Source: Tubiluchus corallicola
Taxonomy: Eukaryota > Animalia > Priapulida
Direction: 5' to 3'
DNA: 64,000 bases
Assembly: GCA_030141605.1 (NCBI GenBank)
Contig: JAQGDQ010000081.1
Coordinates: 558,001 to 622,000, forward strand
Shown: in pieces, positions 29,202 through 44,812 of the stretch
How positions within the stretch are numbered: the stretch's first letter is position 1
Layout: each line of letters begins with the position of its first letter
The notes under the pieces: model-generated
Seen by the model: the letters and a program-made list of their open reading frames with translations, nothing else
Told to the model about the DNA's origin: nothing
Databases searched by the model: none
Made by a program: the position numbers and the translations under genes

Positions 29202-32200
29202 GATGTTTTCTTTTAGTAATGTTTAATGTTCTGCTAATTTTTGTTTATATTGCTTAGCTGTATATTCTGTGCAGTACACTTCAGTACATTTCAGGGAATT
29301 ACGCTTATGTAATTTTAGTTAGGCTTTATTTTAAATGTTAAAATTAACTTCTATTGATTTTTTACTTACAGGGACAGTAGTTCATTTAAACACACTCCTG
29401 TGAATTTTTAAATGAGTGTGCACTTTCGCTACTCATTTGTCAAAGTTGTCTGATTGAACCAAGGATCAAATTGCCTCAAATGCAATTATTATAATCTTGC
29501 CAAGGGTTGTCTATGAGGTTGCTATATCACGGCTTCTTTTTCATGTGCTTGCTCCCCTAACTTTAAAATATGGCTACGTACCTGACTAGAATTTATTTAC
29601 ATAAATTCAATGTTAAATCATTGACAGTCCCGTCACCATCAACCACTTAAAGCATTTGCAACCCTACCCTCGCCTTTTCTACTATCAAATGTACATTGTT
29701 ATTTATGAATTTTACCCTTTTTGTAAAAGCAAAATAAATTGCGACAAGAGAATTACATAAAAAAAAATAAAAGCAATTTTAATCGCATTAATAATAGCAT
29801 TGCAACTATAACAATCAAGAAACCACTAAAGTTCGCAAAGTAAATCTATCTTTACGTTACACACGTGTTACAATCTAGCTATAGCCTTTTTAGATCTAAT
29901 TGCCAACCATTGTCCCTAACCTGGTTATACACTTTAATTTAAAATTAACGATCAATTATACAGTCGGTTGGTTGATTAATCAATCAAACAAACAATTTTC
30001 CAACCCAGTCAATTTAATTTCTAGATTTTAAATTCTTTGCAGCTAGGTAGTAGGGTGTATCAAATTCGAGTACATGTTAATTATAACAAGCCTTTTTCAG
30101 ATATTTTATAAAATTAATTTGCATAAAACTTGTGCCTTTTATTGCAATGTATTTAGCAATACGGCAAACTGCAGCCAATAACAGGTCTCTTGCACGATCC
30201 ATAGCATTATTATCCACGTCGACCGCGGCCTCCTCTGAAACCAGAAAATCTTCTGAAGCCGGTTCTGGGGAAAAACCCGAACCGACGGAAACCAAAGCGA
30301 ACAAAGCGTCTAGGAAACCCACGGTTGAAGTTGCCGTTGCTGTCGTACCCGTCAACGGTAACTACCATTACCTAAGCAGAAGAAATAATGAACGCGTGTT
30401 CAGACAAAGTCGGTTTTTATTTTATTTTATTTTTATGCAGGGCTGGATTACCGTATTGGCTAGTATAGGCTGCAGACTAGGGCCCCTCAAGCTTGGGGGA
30501 GGCGTACTTTGCATTGCTGAACAACTCACATAACCTAAAACAAAATTTCAACTTTAAAAAGAGCCAAGAGCCCTGAAAATCCTATTTTAAAGTGGTTCCT
30601 CGTTTGAGATAAAGGATCCCTGTTTGAGGCCCTTTATTTAAGATGAGGGCCCTCTTTATAGCGCTTTATTTAAAATATGGGGCCCACAGTTATCCAAATG
30701 TTGCTGAAATGAATATATCACAAGCGGAAAATATTCCAAACAAGTTCGAGCTTATTAGAGAGTGGCTCTGTCTTAGGGGTCCATTAATTTCATTAGCCTT
30801 TATTATTTTTAGTTATTTACACTGTTCCACATAAAATACAGGATAAAATACACAAAAAATCGTTTTTAAATACTGCTCAGCTATAAGATGAAAATACAAC
30901 TAGCAGGCCATAGCGCTTAGCCTATACTATGCAGAGGGAGTATGATGAGTTTAGTAAAGTTTAAAGTACGGTCGTGGTGTGCAATTTAAGTCCATCAAGT
31001 TGAATGCGTTATAGAGTAAATATTCTGTTTGCTGATTGTGTTTTGTAATCCGAAATCTTCAGTATCTCACAAGATAGAGTACAATTGAAGTCTAAATTAA
31101 CCTGTTAAAATGGTTTATTTTTACGACAATCTCTTTATTATCTTCGTAGATAAAATCATTGCAAAAAAACAGGATACGATAACATTCGACAATTAAAGCA
31201 ACATCCCTGATGGTAACAACTAACAAGTGGACTAAACTTTCGAGAAAAAAACTTAAACACAATAATTTAATAATTTCAAAATTCAAGTAAAGGCAAAATT
31301 CATGAGATAAGGCGAATAACGCAACTTTTGACATTTTAAGTTTAAAGCTAAATGATTAAGTTAGGTGCACTATTTATTTCATTTCAGTGTTTATTACAGA
31401 CTATATCTTTAGGTCCTGTAAATACATCCTTCGCAAGCCATTCGAAAAATTCCAAAATTGCTCGGTTCTTCCTTATTGTCGGAAAACAGTGTAAAAACGT
31501 CCTAGCTTCGCTTGTTTGGGAGAGATAATTATAATACCTTTCTGGAAAGAGTTAAACCGGGTTATACAACAAAGTGAGTCTAGCAGTAAGTAAATAATAG
31601 TTTATTTAAGGATGGAATATCAGCAATAAAACACGAGTCATGAACTCCCTACTGTCCAGTAAAACAAACAAAGAAAATACACAGGAAAACACAGAACAAA
31701 TTCTTTTTCTTTTACAAACGCTTCTAACTTGATAAAGGTTATGAGTTAATTTGGGGGAGGGAACAGTTTTCTTGGCGACCATGAAATTATAGAGAAATTT
31801 GCTTATCAACTGATGTGTAGTAGCGCCAATGTTTTAGAAACTTTTTAAGATACAGCTTTGACTATTATTACTCTGTTTATGATTATGATTCTGCATAGTT
31901 CAGGTTCCTTAGAAACAAATCAGCTCTGCTATTAACGTACCGGTGCCGGGTTTAGAATTAGTAATTTACTTTGGATCGGTTCTGGAATGGAAAATGCTTC
32001 ACTGAAACAATAAACAATTCAACTACAATATAACAAACAAAAGTAATTTTATTAATACCGTGGCCGTAACAAGAGCTGCAAGCATGAACACCACCGAAAG
32101 CTTCATTTTTTATATTCTTGGCGTGTATCTGTAACAAAAAACACGGTGTTTTTCTCAGTATAGGCAAAAATGGCTAGACTGTTGTTTTCTCTGTTTGTTA

Positions 32201-35200
32201 ATAGATCACAAGCTAGTTAGAGTGCTTGAAGTGTTTTTAACTGTCTTTAATACTATTCTACCCTCACTCTAATCAGATTTGTTAGGGAAAAACAAAATGA
32301 TTTTGCGGAAGGGTGATTTATACCATTTCTACTTCAAAGGTGTAAAAGAAGAAGCGGTTTCAAGTGTGCAAAATGTGATTTAAAAAACACAAAATCAAAA
32401 ATTCAAAGTATGGAATGTAATTTCAAACGTGAATGTGAATTCAAAGTGCAAAAGGTGATTTTAAATGTGCAAAACATGATTTTCGAAAGCGCAAAATATA
32501 AAATGTAGCGCTCACCATAAATATAACACGTTTGACGATTATTATTTTCGCCAAATTGTTGTTGCTGTTAATTTTTGTTTTTGTTGACAACTTTTTGAAG
32601 TAACATTGCAAAAATAAAAATTACCTCTAGAAATTCAACTCTTCTTCTCACGCAGAATCGTGGAAATGGTAATAGCTGCCTCTAAGACGTGTACACTACT
32701 GTAATTTCAAAAAACCTGTATCCTTTTTATTACTGTGTAATTCCTTCCAAATCCCTTAATTTTAGGTGTGGTTTTATTTTGATAAAAGATCAATTTCATC
32801 CACAAACGGGTAAACAGGATAGATTATCCGATTCAAACTTATCCAGGTAATAATGCGTTGCCTAGAAAACCAACATTACATGTTTCAACAATTTTTTGAG
32901 AGGTATTGTAAAATTGTTACAATAGTATAGACGCTTTTTGTATGTGCTGTAAATTTTACGTCTGTAATTTAAAGATGCTGTGTAATTTCCGTTAGTTCAA
33001 TAGTTATTTTAGTACACATAGACATTTTTTAGAATTAGACATTTTTATTTATCTCTCTCTTAACACCAGAATTACAAGATAGACAATAAGTGCTATAGTT
33101 AATTGACAATGTATAAATAAAAGAAAGTGTCAGGGGTTGTAGGAGAAAGGTAGCGAAGAACCAATTGGTCATCAAAGTCAGCTACTCTTCTCAGATTAAT
33201 GTAAATTATGAAAAATTTCATCGCGCTGCTGTATTATTATTATAATTATAGAGTAGAAGAAAAATCACTGTTACTGAAAAATGTAGGGGAAGCAAATTAT
33301 GTATGAAAGATGAGGTAACTAAATAACTAAATACACTACATGGTAAGGAAACAATATAATAAAATGAAAATATGCAATGTTACTCAACCAAATCTGTAAA
33401 TTACATAACCAACTGATTAAACTATAAAACAAGGGAATCCAAATCAGGTCAAACCAAAGAAATAATTATAATTGAAGAATCAGTAATGGAGAACAAAATA
33501 TGCATGATAAAAGGAACGAATATATGGCGACATCAGAACTGCAGTAGCACATTATGACATAACAGGGCAACAAGCTAGAGGCATTACAAACTAAGGCACT
33601 TAAAATAAGTGTTGCATAGAATGTTTTTATATGTATAACATACAGCTCTCAGCAATTTAAACATTGAAGTTGGTAGATGGTCGAAAACTCCTTTGGAAAA
33701 TAGACTTCGTTCATGTGGCCAAATACAAGACAAGGAGCATATTTTGCTAAAATGTCATAGAACGAGTCATTTCAGAACTGAGTTTAGCTTTAATAATATT
33801 GCTAATGCACGAATCAATGAATTTGGAAAATCATAAAAATTGTGTGCATTTGCTTATTGTGCAATAAAAGAATGCTAAGGGATACGAGATGTATCGCCCG
33901 ATAACTACAATATAATGGTTGGCACAACTAATTTTCTTGTTATTTGTATAAGGTGTAATTTGAATTTGTTTTTCGCTTGGGAACAATGTTACTTGGAATG
34001 AACTGTTTTTATGGACTATTTGTTTCGCCACAGACTCGCTGTAACTTTTATGCAGTTGCAATAAATGTCAATAAATATCTAATTTAATCTAATTTTGATT
34101 AATACTGATACTTTAAATATTTAATGGGATCAAATTTTCAGACCTAATAAGTGTCATCCACACTCGAGCTTGGTTGCTTGCAGTTGTTCAAATCTCAATC
34201 CAAACAAGCCAACTAGCACTATCACATGGAACTAGTCATTATTATTAATATATGAGCTAGAAAATGGCAATTACCAACCACTTGGGACAAGCATAGAGCG
34301 TTCCTAATAAAAAACTTCAAAAATCAAATTTTCAAAATCTGTCAAAAGCTGCTAAGATTACCCTTCGAATGGTATGGTGCCGCTGTTATTGTTGTTGTTG
34401 TTGTTGAAATTGCTACTGCTGCTGCAGCTAACCAGAATAACTGTTAATAGTTTCTGTACTAAATAACTTGTTAGTAAAACAGTTTCACAGTATATCAGCA
34501 CTGGTCAACTGTTAGTAGACTCAAAGGTTGAGAGAACAGCTATGCAGTATAACAGTACCAGTTACTTCCTTCCCTTTATACAGTTGAAAACTGAAAGCTG
34601 AATATCAAAGTGCCAACTACTAGAGATACATGGTTGTGGCAGTACTGGTATATAGCTCATTATTAAGGATACTCCTCTAACATAACACACAGAACAGGTG
34701 TATCTTAGTCAACATCAAACGCCCATACATCTTTCCTTAGCAAAAGAAGTAACTGGGAACAGAAATGCTTACACGAAAACGAAAACACCAGAAAGCAGTT
34801 TTTCGGCAATCCACCTACTAGCCAGGCTCATTCTGCTTAACTGTCATGTGAAACATTGCAAAAGGAAATGGAAATTTTGAATACATACAAATTCATGCTG
34901 TGACTCTTGTTGCTTTAACATCACTCGCATAATTGGCATCAAATCACGTGACTGAACCGTAAAGTAAATTACAGGTCAGTATATTTATGAAAACAAACAT
35001 TTTTAACAGTTCGCCTACAGACATATTGCATTGACTGTAGGTCACACAAAGCAAAAACTCACAGCAAACCGAATAATATCGGAAATAGCCTGGAAAAAAT
35101 AAATGGCTCTGTAAGCAATTCCAAGAGCTGAGAAAATGTTTTATCTATTAGACGGCTCACTACAGTGCAAACTTGCAGCAATGAGTTTGTTTTGCAAATT

Positions 35201-36452
35201 CAGCCTACCTAGTAAAAAGATAGGTAAACAATCCACTTAGACCTAAATGAAAATAAAATTGGCAACTCTGACTATGTACATTATCAATTATATATATATA
35301 TATATATTTATTACACCATGTAGTAATAATTATAACTATAATATGTATAGACAAAACATTCAAATGAGATTAAAAAGTTTAACTGTACAGCAAGAGCCAA
35401 TTATTTATAAAGCCATAACTTAAATATTATCTATACACATATTTACACAATACAAATGTATGTGGGTGTACACCACAATGCAGTAACTGACTGCATTACT
35501 GTGACAATGAAGTACAAAGAGTAACATATATATTTAGATTATAATCCCACTGCATATATGGTTGCAATTTTTAATAGAACACATCAAAGCAGACAACACA
35601 GATAATGGTTAGTAATTTCTATACTAAAGAAAAACTTGTTATTAGACACAAAGATAGAGAAAACAGTTACACTGTATAACAGCACTGGTTAATGCTTTCC
35701 TTTAATACAGTTAGGCACAGTATGCAATATAAAAATCAAACTTAACGGAAGTGCCAACTACTAGAGTTAAATGGTTGTGGCAGTACTGGTATATAGCTCA
35801 TTATTAAGCATACTTAACTAACATGACACACAAAACCGGTGTGTCCTAGTTATTATCAAAAGCTCATACATCTTCCCTTAACAATAGAAACAATAAATAT
35901 TGAATAGGGACAGAAAAGCATACATGACATCAATAAAAAATAGCTTTTTTGGCAATCCACTTACTAGCCAAGCTTAACTGTCATGTGAAACACTGTAGAA
36001 GGAAATAGAAATTTAGGAAACACACTCAGAAATTATCAAGAAAATGCACAAGGTGCCTTATCATTATATCATACAAAGACTAACAGAAATGTGAACAAAT
36101 ATATCAATCGTTAAGGATGCTCAAAATGATGTTCAAGAATAATGATACTGATAAATACTAAATAATGCAAAATACCATTAAGCACAATGGCATCAATAAC
36201 AGTAACAAATACAAAACAGCATAACTGACTTTTGCATAAATGGTTACAGCCCTTGTTTATTTAGCGTATTAAGCACTTATTATTCCAACTTGTTCATTAA
36301 ACATTTAAATAATAGACTACAAATGTACAATGTTATGTGAAGGAAAAAAACAAAAAATTAACAAATTTGCAACTGTTTTACACAAATGATGCAAATGAAA
36401 CCTTTACAGGTGCCACTGAATATTGTAAAATATGTTTTAAATATTCAAATAA

Positions 36453-36487
<35 letters not shown>

Positions 36488-36960
36488 AGAAGCCAAAAGG
36501 GTATTAACAAATTCTTGGGGTATCTTAGGGTATCTTAGAGTATTAACAAATTCTACTTACATATGCATAAACCAAAATTCCAGTTAAACTCATATAAACG
36601 ACGTACAATTTAAACCAGGAAAAAGTGCAAGCTAAATTTTTGTGAATTCAGTCGCAATGACTTGTTTGCGAAGTGATACGTTTGTGACACAGCATTACAT
36701 AAGTTATGATACAAGAACTAGTGCTCACTACTGTACTACTGGGCAGGCAACTTAGCTATAGATGTAAAAAGAGCGTTGCAATAATTTTACAGTACAATCG
36801 CATTGTTTGTTGCCCCTGCCATAGCAAACCTAGACTAAAAAGGAAAAACTTCTGTAACAATTAGCACAATACATTTATGTGTGTAGAAAGTATGTAATAA
36901 ATAGCCACTGCCATTCATTAGCTGATCATTAACATGTGTGCTAGGATGGCCAATTACTAG
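29202..36960 (+). repeat. Segmental direct duplication, copy B (paired with 17135-26184)
   Basis: Colinear with copy A; lacks A's ~17314-19108 block and keeps a ~1.1-kb segment (~34675-35810) missing from A. Confidence 0.92.
30210..32106 (-). CDS. Secreted Arg/Gly/Phe-rich cationic peptide precursor, paralogue B (69 aa); candidate antimicrobial peptide
   Basis: Exon 32106-32059 (MKLSVVFMLAALVTAT) spliced in phase 0 to exon 30371-30210 (VMVVTVDG-YDSNGNFNRGFPRRFVRFGFRRFGFFPRTGFRRFSGFRGGRGRRG*); GT-AG sites conserved with paralogue A; AATAAA about 70 nt after the stop. Confidence 0.82.
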
Positions 36961-38314
36961 AGTACCCAGTGAGTACGGCAGTGAGTATGTTTTTTAAAGT
37001 ACAGGGCTATCATCATTCAAAGCAAACATGCTGCTGTATACAGCCAATAGTGATTTAAACACTTGTATAATTTTTATGCCTGGAGATTTATACATCTGGC
37101 CCTCCCTCCAGAAATTTGCAAACATTTTCAGCACGCACTAATTTTATGTTTTAATAAATGAATGTGTCGGTAATGGATGACATGAAGGGGGCAGCCTTAC
37201 AGTCAAATGTAAAAAACAAGACAAAATACGAGAGTAGTGACCAGCAGACAATTGCCATGGTAGAAAAAAGTAAATATGATGTGTTGCAGTTCAGTGAACC
37301 TTTCACGTAAGGGTAGCAAGAGCACAATTCACATGCTCAAGCTAGTGCATCACAAAACTACTGCCAGTTTAGTGCCATAAGAAGTTTAGTTTTGACTAAT
37401 TCAGATAATTAATAATTTAGATGTCTGCAATGGTAATCCGATTCATGACAGCCTCTTCCACGAAGACACACAAATAATTTAACTAGACAAAATCACCTTT
37501 TCAACCCAGTTGGAGCACTTTCGTTGTTACTAGAACATTTTCAATTATTTTTAAAAATCTGTAATTTCTGTACAGTGTCTGTACAATATCCGTTACACAC
37601 CAAGGCACTTCAAGTTGACAAATTAATTGACAACTGCACTAAATTACGTGAAAATATTGGTTTAATTAATGATAAAAGATGCAACTCACTGATATTCACT
37701 TAATACACATGTATAAGACATTTATGTACAACATTTTACAGCCAAAAAGGTTAACAAACTTTCAAAAAAAATATTGATTTTTTTTCATTAACGGTGAGAA
37801 GCAATGAAAATTAGAAGCCTTTTACTGCCATTTCCCAGTAATTCTAAATACAACTTTAAAAAAGATCCAAAAAAGATCAAGAACTCTATATTGTAAATTC
37901 CAAACAAAGTCCTCATTATCAAGGTTAAATTGATAGAGTTCATATATAGCTGAACCTTAATCAAATCAAACCTTATTAGCACAAGACTTTACTGCATCAA
38001 TAAATTTAAACAAACTGCAAATTTATCCTCATGACAAACTGTAGCAAATAATCACGGTCTACTAGATCAGTCATTAAATGAATTGCACAAACTCCTTCAA
38101 CGTGTGTTCTTCATAAATTTTTGTTCTTAATAATAACGTAATACAAATAAATATAGATACAAGTAAACTACATCATCATATAGCTTTCTTATAATGTCAT
38201 TGACCTATCATAGGTATATTCTGAAAAGGCAATGCATGGACTAAAACCATAGTTGTCCTTCTGGGTTATGTTTACAATAAATTAACAAATACAGAATACG
38301 CACATCGTATGTGA

Positions 38315-41300
38315 TTACTCTGACGTTGTTACACTGTTGTTATCCGTCGCAGTCGACGTAACTAGATGCTCCATTGACTGTGTCGCCACTTGCTCCTGGT
38401 CAGTGACCATTTGCAAAGAACTTGGCGTGGAGTGTGTGACAACAAGCGGAGACAACGTGGAAGTGGAAGTGTTCGCTTGTAACCTGTCTTTGTAAGAGGG
38501 ATGAGTAAAGTGAGGCAGCCAACATGGCTGAGAAGAGTTGTCTGCAAAGGAAACAACACCTTTCATAAAAAGTGGCTTTATAATTTGACTTTTCAATACA
38601 TGGTGCATGTCTATCATCAAATATCAGTTCCCCAGTTTAACAATTTCAGTCAAAAAGTTATCTAGAAAACTATTGTATAACCACTAACATGTGTTTGCTG
38701 TATTTTCAATTTTTAAAACCCGTTTATTTACATTCCATCACTGTCTCAAGATTTTTGGCTATTTAGTTATAAATACCTCTGCTGGGCCACCTAATAACCT
38801 TATACTTACTGTTAGCCGTAGAAATGGTAATGGGAGACCCATTATTGGCACTGAGAGCTAGAACACGTTGCTCGGGACTATCTTCTTCCATGCTGGCCGA
38901 ACTGCTAGATGATAAACTAGAAACAATGAAAAAGAATGAGTGAAGAAATGTAAAAAATATATAAGAAGGTACTATACATAATAGCAAATCGATTTCTACT
39001 CTGAGGAGAAACAATCTCTTAATTCTGCCAAACATGAAGCAAGCACAGTTTCTGCACTTTCCACAAGCCAAGTCAAAATCAAGTGTGGTTTCTTGCACAG
39101 CAAGAACAGTTCTAATCCTGTTCATTATATGGCTTCTTGCTTTCAAAAATACCCATCATCTAACACACCTGCATTAAACAGGTAGTAAATGTCTTTAATT
39201 TTGTTATTTTATTTTACTTTTTCGGTGAGCGAAACAGCCAAATAAAATACAAATCCAAAAACGTTACAATACACTACTAATACTAGGAATGCTAGGAAAT
39301 CGAGAAGGCACAATTTCTCCCAAAATTATAAATGACACACAGTGTTTACTGTCTCTGAGACTACAATCAATGAGTAAAAAACCATGTCAAAACACTGCCA
39401 AAATGTATGCAGCATGACAGCTGCAACAAATGTGCAAAGCCGTCAATATGGCAACATGACAACAACATTTTCACAGCCACTGACATGCTGCAGAGATGCA
39501 ACATCCAGCAGCATTTTGCATTTTTTTCCATAGATTGCTCCAATGCATGAGTATAGTTCATACTGCTGGGATAGAACGTAGTTTTGCTGTACTAAGGCGT
39601 TTAGCGGAAAATGGTGATGAATTTGCTTTAAAGGAAGAAAGGATGATTCATATACTACCCCATTTTCAAGTCCGACGAAAAGTACACATGTTAACACAAT
39701 TAATACTGCAAAGGTGTTTCTGATATTTAAATAATAGATTAAAAACTTTTAGAGCCCAACTATTGATGACATCAGAAACTAATACAAGTTTCAACAGCAA
39801 AAATATTGAGCATGTTGCACGTGTTTTCAAAAGCGAAAATTGAAATACAGTGCTACTGTGAGATTTTTAGTGTGTTATACTAAAACTAGGCAAGTTTTAA
39901 GATAAAAATTCAAATTTCGAATTCACCGCTGTGTTCATGCATCAGCTGTTGAACGTGTGTAGTTCATCACAAACTAACACATCTGAACTGAGAGGTACAA
40001 TACCTGTTGCAATGCACTTCCAAAATGCAGGCGCTAGTGCCCTTCTAACTAGCGAATGGCGAAATGCATGTAACAGCAACGAAATTGTGTTTGTGTGGTA
40101 ATAATTCTTTTACGCAAGTCATTTTTGAAAAAATAGTATGTTTCCTTTCAATGTTTTAAAGAGTAGATTGTTTTGACCCAGTTTAAGACTGGGTCCGGTT
40201 TGGCTTTAACTTTCATTTACCTGTGGGAGACAGGATGCGGTATATAAGAAATTCTATCAGCATAAGCACCAGGACTGTTGCAAATTTTCTTCGGTGGGCT
40301 CATACAACTGCGTGGGTCATCATGATCACTATCAACTAAGAAAAACAGACAAATAAAAACTTTAACACAGCACTCCTGTAATATCCTTTTCTGCACAAAA
40401 ATAGCAGCTAAAACACTTTGTGTGTATGTGTGCGTGCATGTGTGAGGGTGTGTGTGTGTGTGCATGCGTGCATGTGTGTATGTGTGTGTGAGAGAGAGAG
40501 AGGATGTGGTTGTATGTGTATGCATGTGCATGTATGTTTCAAAGGGAAGAAGAGAGGACAGGATAAGAGACAAGAGAGAAGAGACGAGGAGCGCAAATGA
40601 AGAGAGAAAAGGAAAACACAGACGAAGGAAAAAACGAAAGGAGTCAAGAGGAGAGGTCAAAAGGAAGCAGAAAAGATGGCAAAGATCCAGTATTTGAACC
40701 CGAGTTTAGCTCCTTAATAATGCAATAAACATCATAACAACCCAAGCTTAAAGTTTTATCAGAAATTTTACTTATCTTTGGCATTTCTTAGAATGTCACG
40801 TTCAATATAAGTATCAAATGATGCCTCTTGTTATGCTTATGTCTGTACTATCCAGTTACATGTACACTGCCAAACGTAAGTCAAGCTGCCACCAAACTGG
40901 TAACTCGAAAGTGTTAATTACAATCACAAAATATTAAATTTTCCTCTTTTTTTTAATTGCAAACATACATAGCAATACTTTGACTCAAAGCACAAAAAGA
41001 CGCTCTTCATAAATATAGATCAGTTTATATTTCTTTATATTGTCAATAAGATCAATAATTTGTTTTTGGTGAGTGAGTGGGGCACAATGGGATGGTGATG
41101 CAGGGCCGTTTTACCAGGTGGCACAATTACTTTAAATAACCAAAAATTTTCTTTTTTAATTATGTAAGTTTTTCAGACAAGTACATTTAATGCAAAGTAA
41201 TATTGCTTTGCGTGTGAAGTTTTTTGGGATATACTTTAAAATACCTTTTCTCTCTCCCTTTAAGCTGCTGACAGCATTTTAAATAAATGTTACCAGCTTA

Positions 41301-44300
41301 GCATATTTTACCCAAAACAACAAATGACAAACAAATTCAAGGTGTTACCTTTCCGTTTGACACCTGCCAATGCACTCGGTCTAATAGGACTTGAGCTTCT
41401 TCTAGTAAAAGACTTCCGAGTCGGACTCGGACTTGGGCTAGGAGAAAAGGAAGATGCTCTCACAGGTGCACCCATTGAAGGTGAGAAGCATTGCTGAAAT
41501 GCAGGAAAAGCATGAACAACACTTTCAACAGGTGAAGCTCAATAATGAATGAAAATCTTAAGGATATTATGCACATAGATTACTGCTTCTGCCCTGTTCC
41601 ATTACAAGAATGAATTTTATTTTTTTATTTAAACATGTCACACTGCATGAACTTTTTTGCTGTGTAGACGAAAGCTATCCCTAACAAGCTGGCCAAGCTT
41701 ATGTCAAAATAGATTGCTCAGTAATCTTGATTCTATCTATCATTGACTATTACTATCTCAATAACACTGCTAGGCTTGGGATCCGTGCGCCCACGCATGA
41801 AACAACAAAACCTTAACCCAACTCCAGGATTCCAATAGTAAATTATGTGACACTATAGAAACCCAAAACCACATTTTACACATAGTTTACAGGGCAGTTG
41901 TACCTGCCTTTTATGATTTTAGCAATCAGAGTACAGTGCCTATAAATATGGCATCACACTCAGCAGCGGCATAAAGCAACACTAGAGCAAAAAACACTAA
42001 CCACAGAAGAGCTTACTAAATGAAAAATGAATGATTCAGATTAACGGTGATTGCCTTTTGTAGTACACTATACTGTATAGCAGTGGTGTTGATAACAATA
42101 ATTTTAATACAACTCACTTTGCCGACACAACGCGTAGGTGACGGTGAGCAAGACAGGGCGTTATGCGACCACGGCAATATGTGCAATGGCTCTGTGACTG
42201 GCTTCGAACGATTCTCGTTATTTTCTGCTCCATCGTCTAGGTGAAGCTCATCACACGACCTTGAAATCTGTATAGCAGAGCGCAGTTCCCTAATAAAGAA
42301 TAAACAGGAGTTTTAAACAGCTACTAGTATAAGCTTCTCCATTTTTCTTGCAATGAACTTTACAACCAAAAAAACATTTCGGATAATGTGTCATGAAAAA
42401 CTTTTGTATAATAAATGTGTACACTGGTTACAGTACTAACGCAGACACCTATAAAAATTTCTGCCAAACTGACACAAAATAACATAACATTAACATTTAC
42501 TGACTTTCCGGGGACTTCTGTGGCAGAACCCACACTTGCAAAAATAGAATCATAATAGAGTAAAAGAGTAAAAATAGAGTAACTAACAGAATAATAAGGT
42601 TTTCTTCTGAACTCACTAACAGATACTTTTCATCGACAATGTTATTCTTGAACAGTGAAAGTATGGTGTAAAGGCAAAAAGTTACGCAAATTCAGCTCGA
42701 TAACTGCTACACGTTACATACTTTCTTATCTCAATTATTAAAACCATCTCAACAGTGAACTACAGATAAACCATATTTTAAACTTACATGTAATAGCAGC
42801 AAGATACTTTATCCTTGATATTGTTAAAAACTGAGCTAAGAATGAAATAGGGGTACCTTTCGTGGTTGACTTCTCTTGCATTGCTCAAATCCATTCCTTC
42901 TTCTTGCTTAATCTGGCTCACCCGTGAAGGTATTCGAAGTGTTGGCGACGGCTGCAACAAGCATTAAGGAAATTAAATATATATTTTTTGTGAGTCTTCT
43001 GTGTAACATGAAATTCAACTTCTGTTACAATATCAGTTTCGTCTAAAGTGTGTAACACAGTTTGACTCAAAAATGTTAACTTAAAGATTTTTTGAAGCAC
43101 TGGTGGGTTAATCTATTTTTTACTCTCAAACATTTAAGTTTTACTGTTTTTAAAATGAACACAATGAAATTATGCACACAGTACAAAACCCCATTTTTCC
43201 AAATAATCACAAATGAAATACTATACCATAATGATAAAACACTATATAGATAAAAATTAGAAAGTAACGAACGTTTGTCCCGGGTCCTGCACTGAAACGA
43301 CGTGTTCGATTAGGATAAAAGGCACTCGTAGACACAGCATGAATCTCACTTTCTGAACTACAACAAACAGTGTAAATAAAATGAATATGAGGGCACTAGA
43401 GTAGAGCATTCTCTATCAGAAAGTGAATCAAATTTTTGATTTTCGAACTCAAATCAAACTGATTTTCAAGATTTCAAATCCAAATTGAAATTGAATTCAG
43501 TTCCAGAAATTTTTGAATCATTAAATAAAAAGCAATCCCGCAAAAAATATCAGATCCTGCATATTACTTGATTTTATTCTGCAGTTAAAACACTAATAAT
43601 TTGTTTAAAAATTATATGCAGAAGCAGCAGTTAAATTTTGCCAATTGCATAATATTTCAAACATTGTCATGATAAAGAACATGTGTAGTTGAAGTGCTGA
43701 ATTATTCGAATCTATAATTTTACATTCGAATCAAACTCATACTAAAAAAATTTATTCAAATCAAAACTTGAACATTCGATGCTCACCTCTAGTAGGCCAA
43801 AAGAAGAAATTTAAAATTGATCATTTTAAGTAAGGTTAAATTTCCATTTTACATATGATTTGCAAAATAAATTTCTAGATCTGCCAAGTTTACATTGAAC
43901 TGTAAAGCATTACATGAACAAAACTGAAAACGTGTACATGCCAAAGATTTGAAGAATTTAAGAAGGAAAATGTGCAAGACGTTTTCATTGTACAGAATAA
44001 GAGCAGAAAAAATTGTGACTGTAAATGTGCTATAATTATAATGCTTTATTCTCATTCATAATTAAATCAGTTATAAACTTAGAGCAGAATGCCAAATGTA
44101 TATTCTGAAAAACATCACATTGTATCCTAAACACATGAACCAGCCAGCAGGAAACAAAACACTGCCTAGTATCAAAGTACACTCTTAGCATAGTAAATTA
44201 CAATTTCACGAATGCTTCAATCAATAATTTCCATGACAGCAAATTGAAAATTGATTACTATATTATTAGTGGTCCCCAGTCCCCATTCAAACATTTAAAG

Positions 44301-44812
44301 TGGATTTTATGTAGCATGCAGATAAGGATGTGTTTTGGGGGGTGCGGAATACATAAAATCGTTGTTTTCAATGCACCCATTTACGCAAATTGCATGTGTT
44401 ATTCTTTTTCTGCAGACTATTCCACAGGCTGTTCCGTAGGTGGAAAACGCATCCGCATGCTACATCCCGTCCCGATGTAAGGTTTATTAATTGCCCCACC
44501 CTCCGTGTTCCAAAAGTGGTGTGCAAGCTGCCAAGGAGTGCCAACTTTGCCGAGTAACATGAACCAGAGGCTGCAATATGAATAATATAAACATCGTTGT
44601 CAAGAAAAGCAAACTTGTGTTTCATATAAGTTTTCTTAAAAATAATCATTCATGAGAAGGCTAAACAAAACAAGTATTTACCAGGAGCGAGTATGACCAA
44701 GCAGATTGATCATGGGAGCACTATTTGACCGTTTTAAGTTTGAGCTCAGACCACCATCGTGGCGGCTATCATCACTGCATGAAGAGTCGGATGAAGAACT
44801 GTCAACATCCAT
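38315..44812 (-). CDS. PABIR1: FAM122/PABIR family PP2A-B55 inhibitor, about 358 aa, 8 coding exons
   Basis: Phase-consistent GT-AG exons 44812-44682, 43357-43273, 42951-42857, 42289-42118, 41493-41349, 40335-40221, 38916-38810, 38541-38315. Motifs LKRSNSAPMI, RIPSRVSQIKQEEGMDL..REVNHERE, SPSPTR..GKQCFSPS, SPTRKSFTRRSSSPIRPS match FAM122A. Confidence 0.88.
39720..40085. repeat. Dispersed repeat; inverted copy at ~45100-45500
   Basis: GGCGCTAGTGCC..CTAACTAGCGAATGGCGAAATGCATGTAACAGC is the reverse complement of GCTGTTACATGCATTTCGCCATTTGCTAGTTAG..GGCACTAGTGCC at ~45105. Confidence 0.65.
43397..43791 (-). mobile_element. Degenerate copy of the hAT-type MITE
   Basis: Termini TAGAGTAGAGCATTCTCT...GATGCTCACCTCTA; internal GTTGAAGTGCTGAATTATTCGAAT shared with the other copies; TSD not recognisable. 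Confidence 0.7.

Noticed and set aside
30210-30371. Peptide B as an RFamide neuropeptide precursor (FVRFG, RRFG)
   Set aside because: RF-G is followed by Phe, not a basic cleavage site, and the motifs are not conserved in paralogue A
40408-40697. ORFs with CV/HT repeats and Arg/Lys/Glu-rich tails
   Set aside because: (GT)n/(GA)n low-complexity intron sequence; only 40335-40221 nearby is coding (FAM122)
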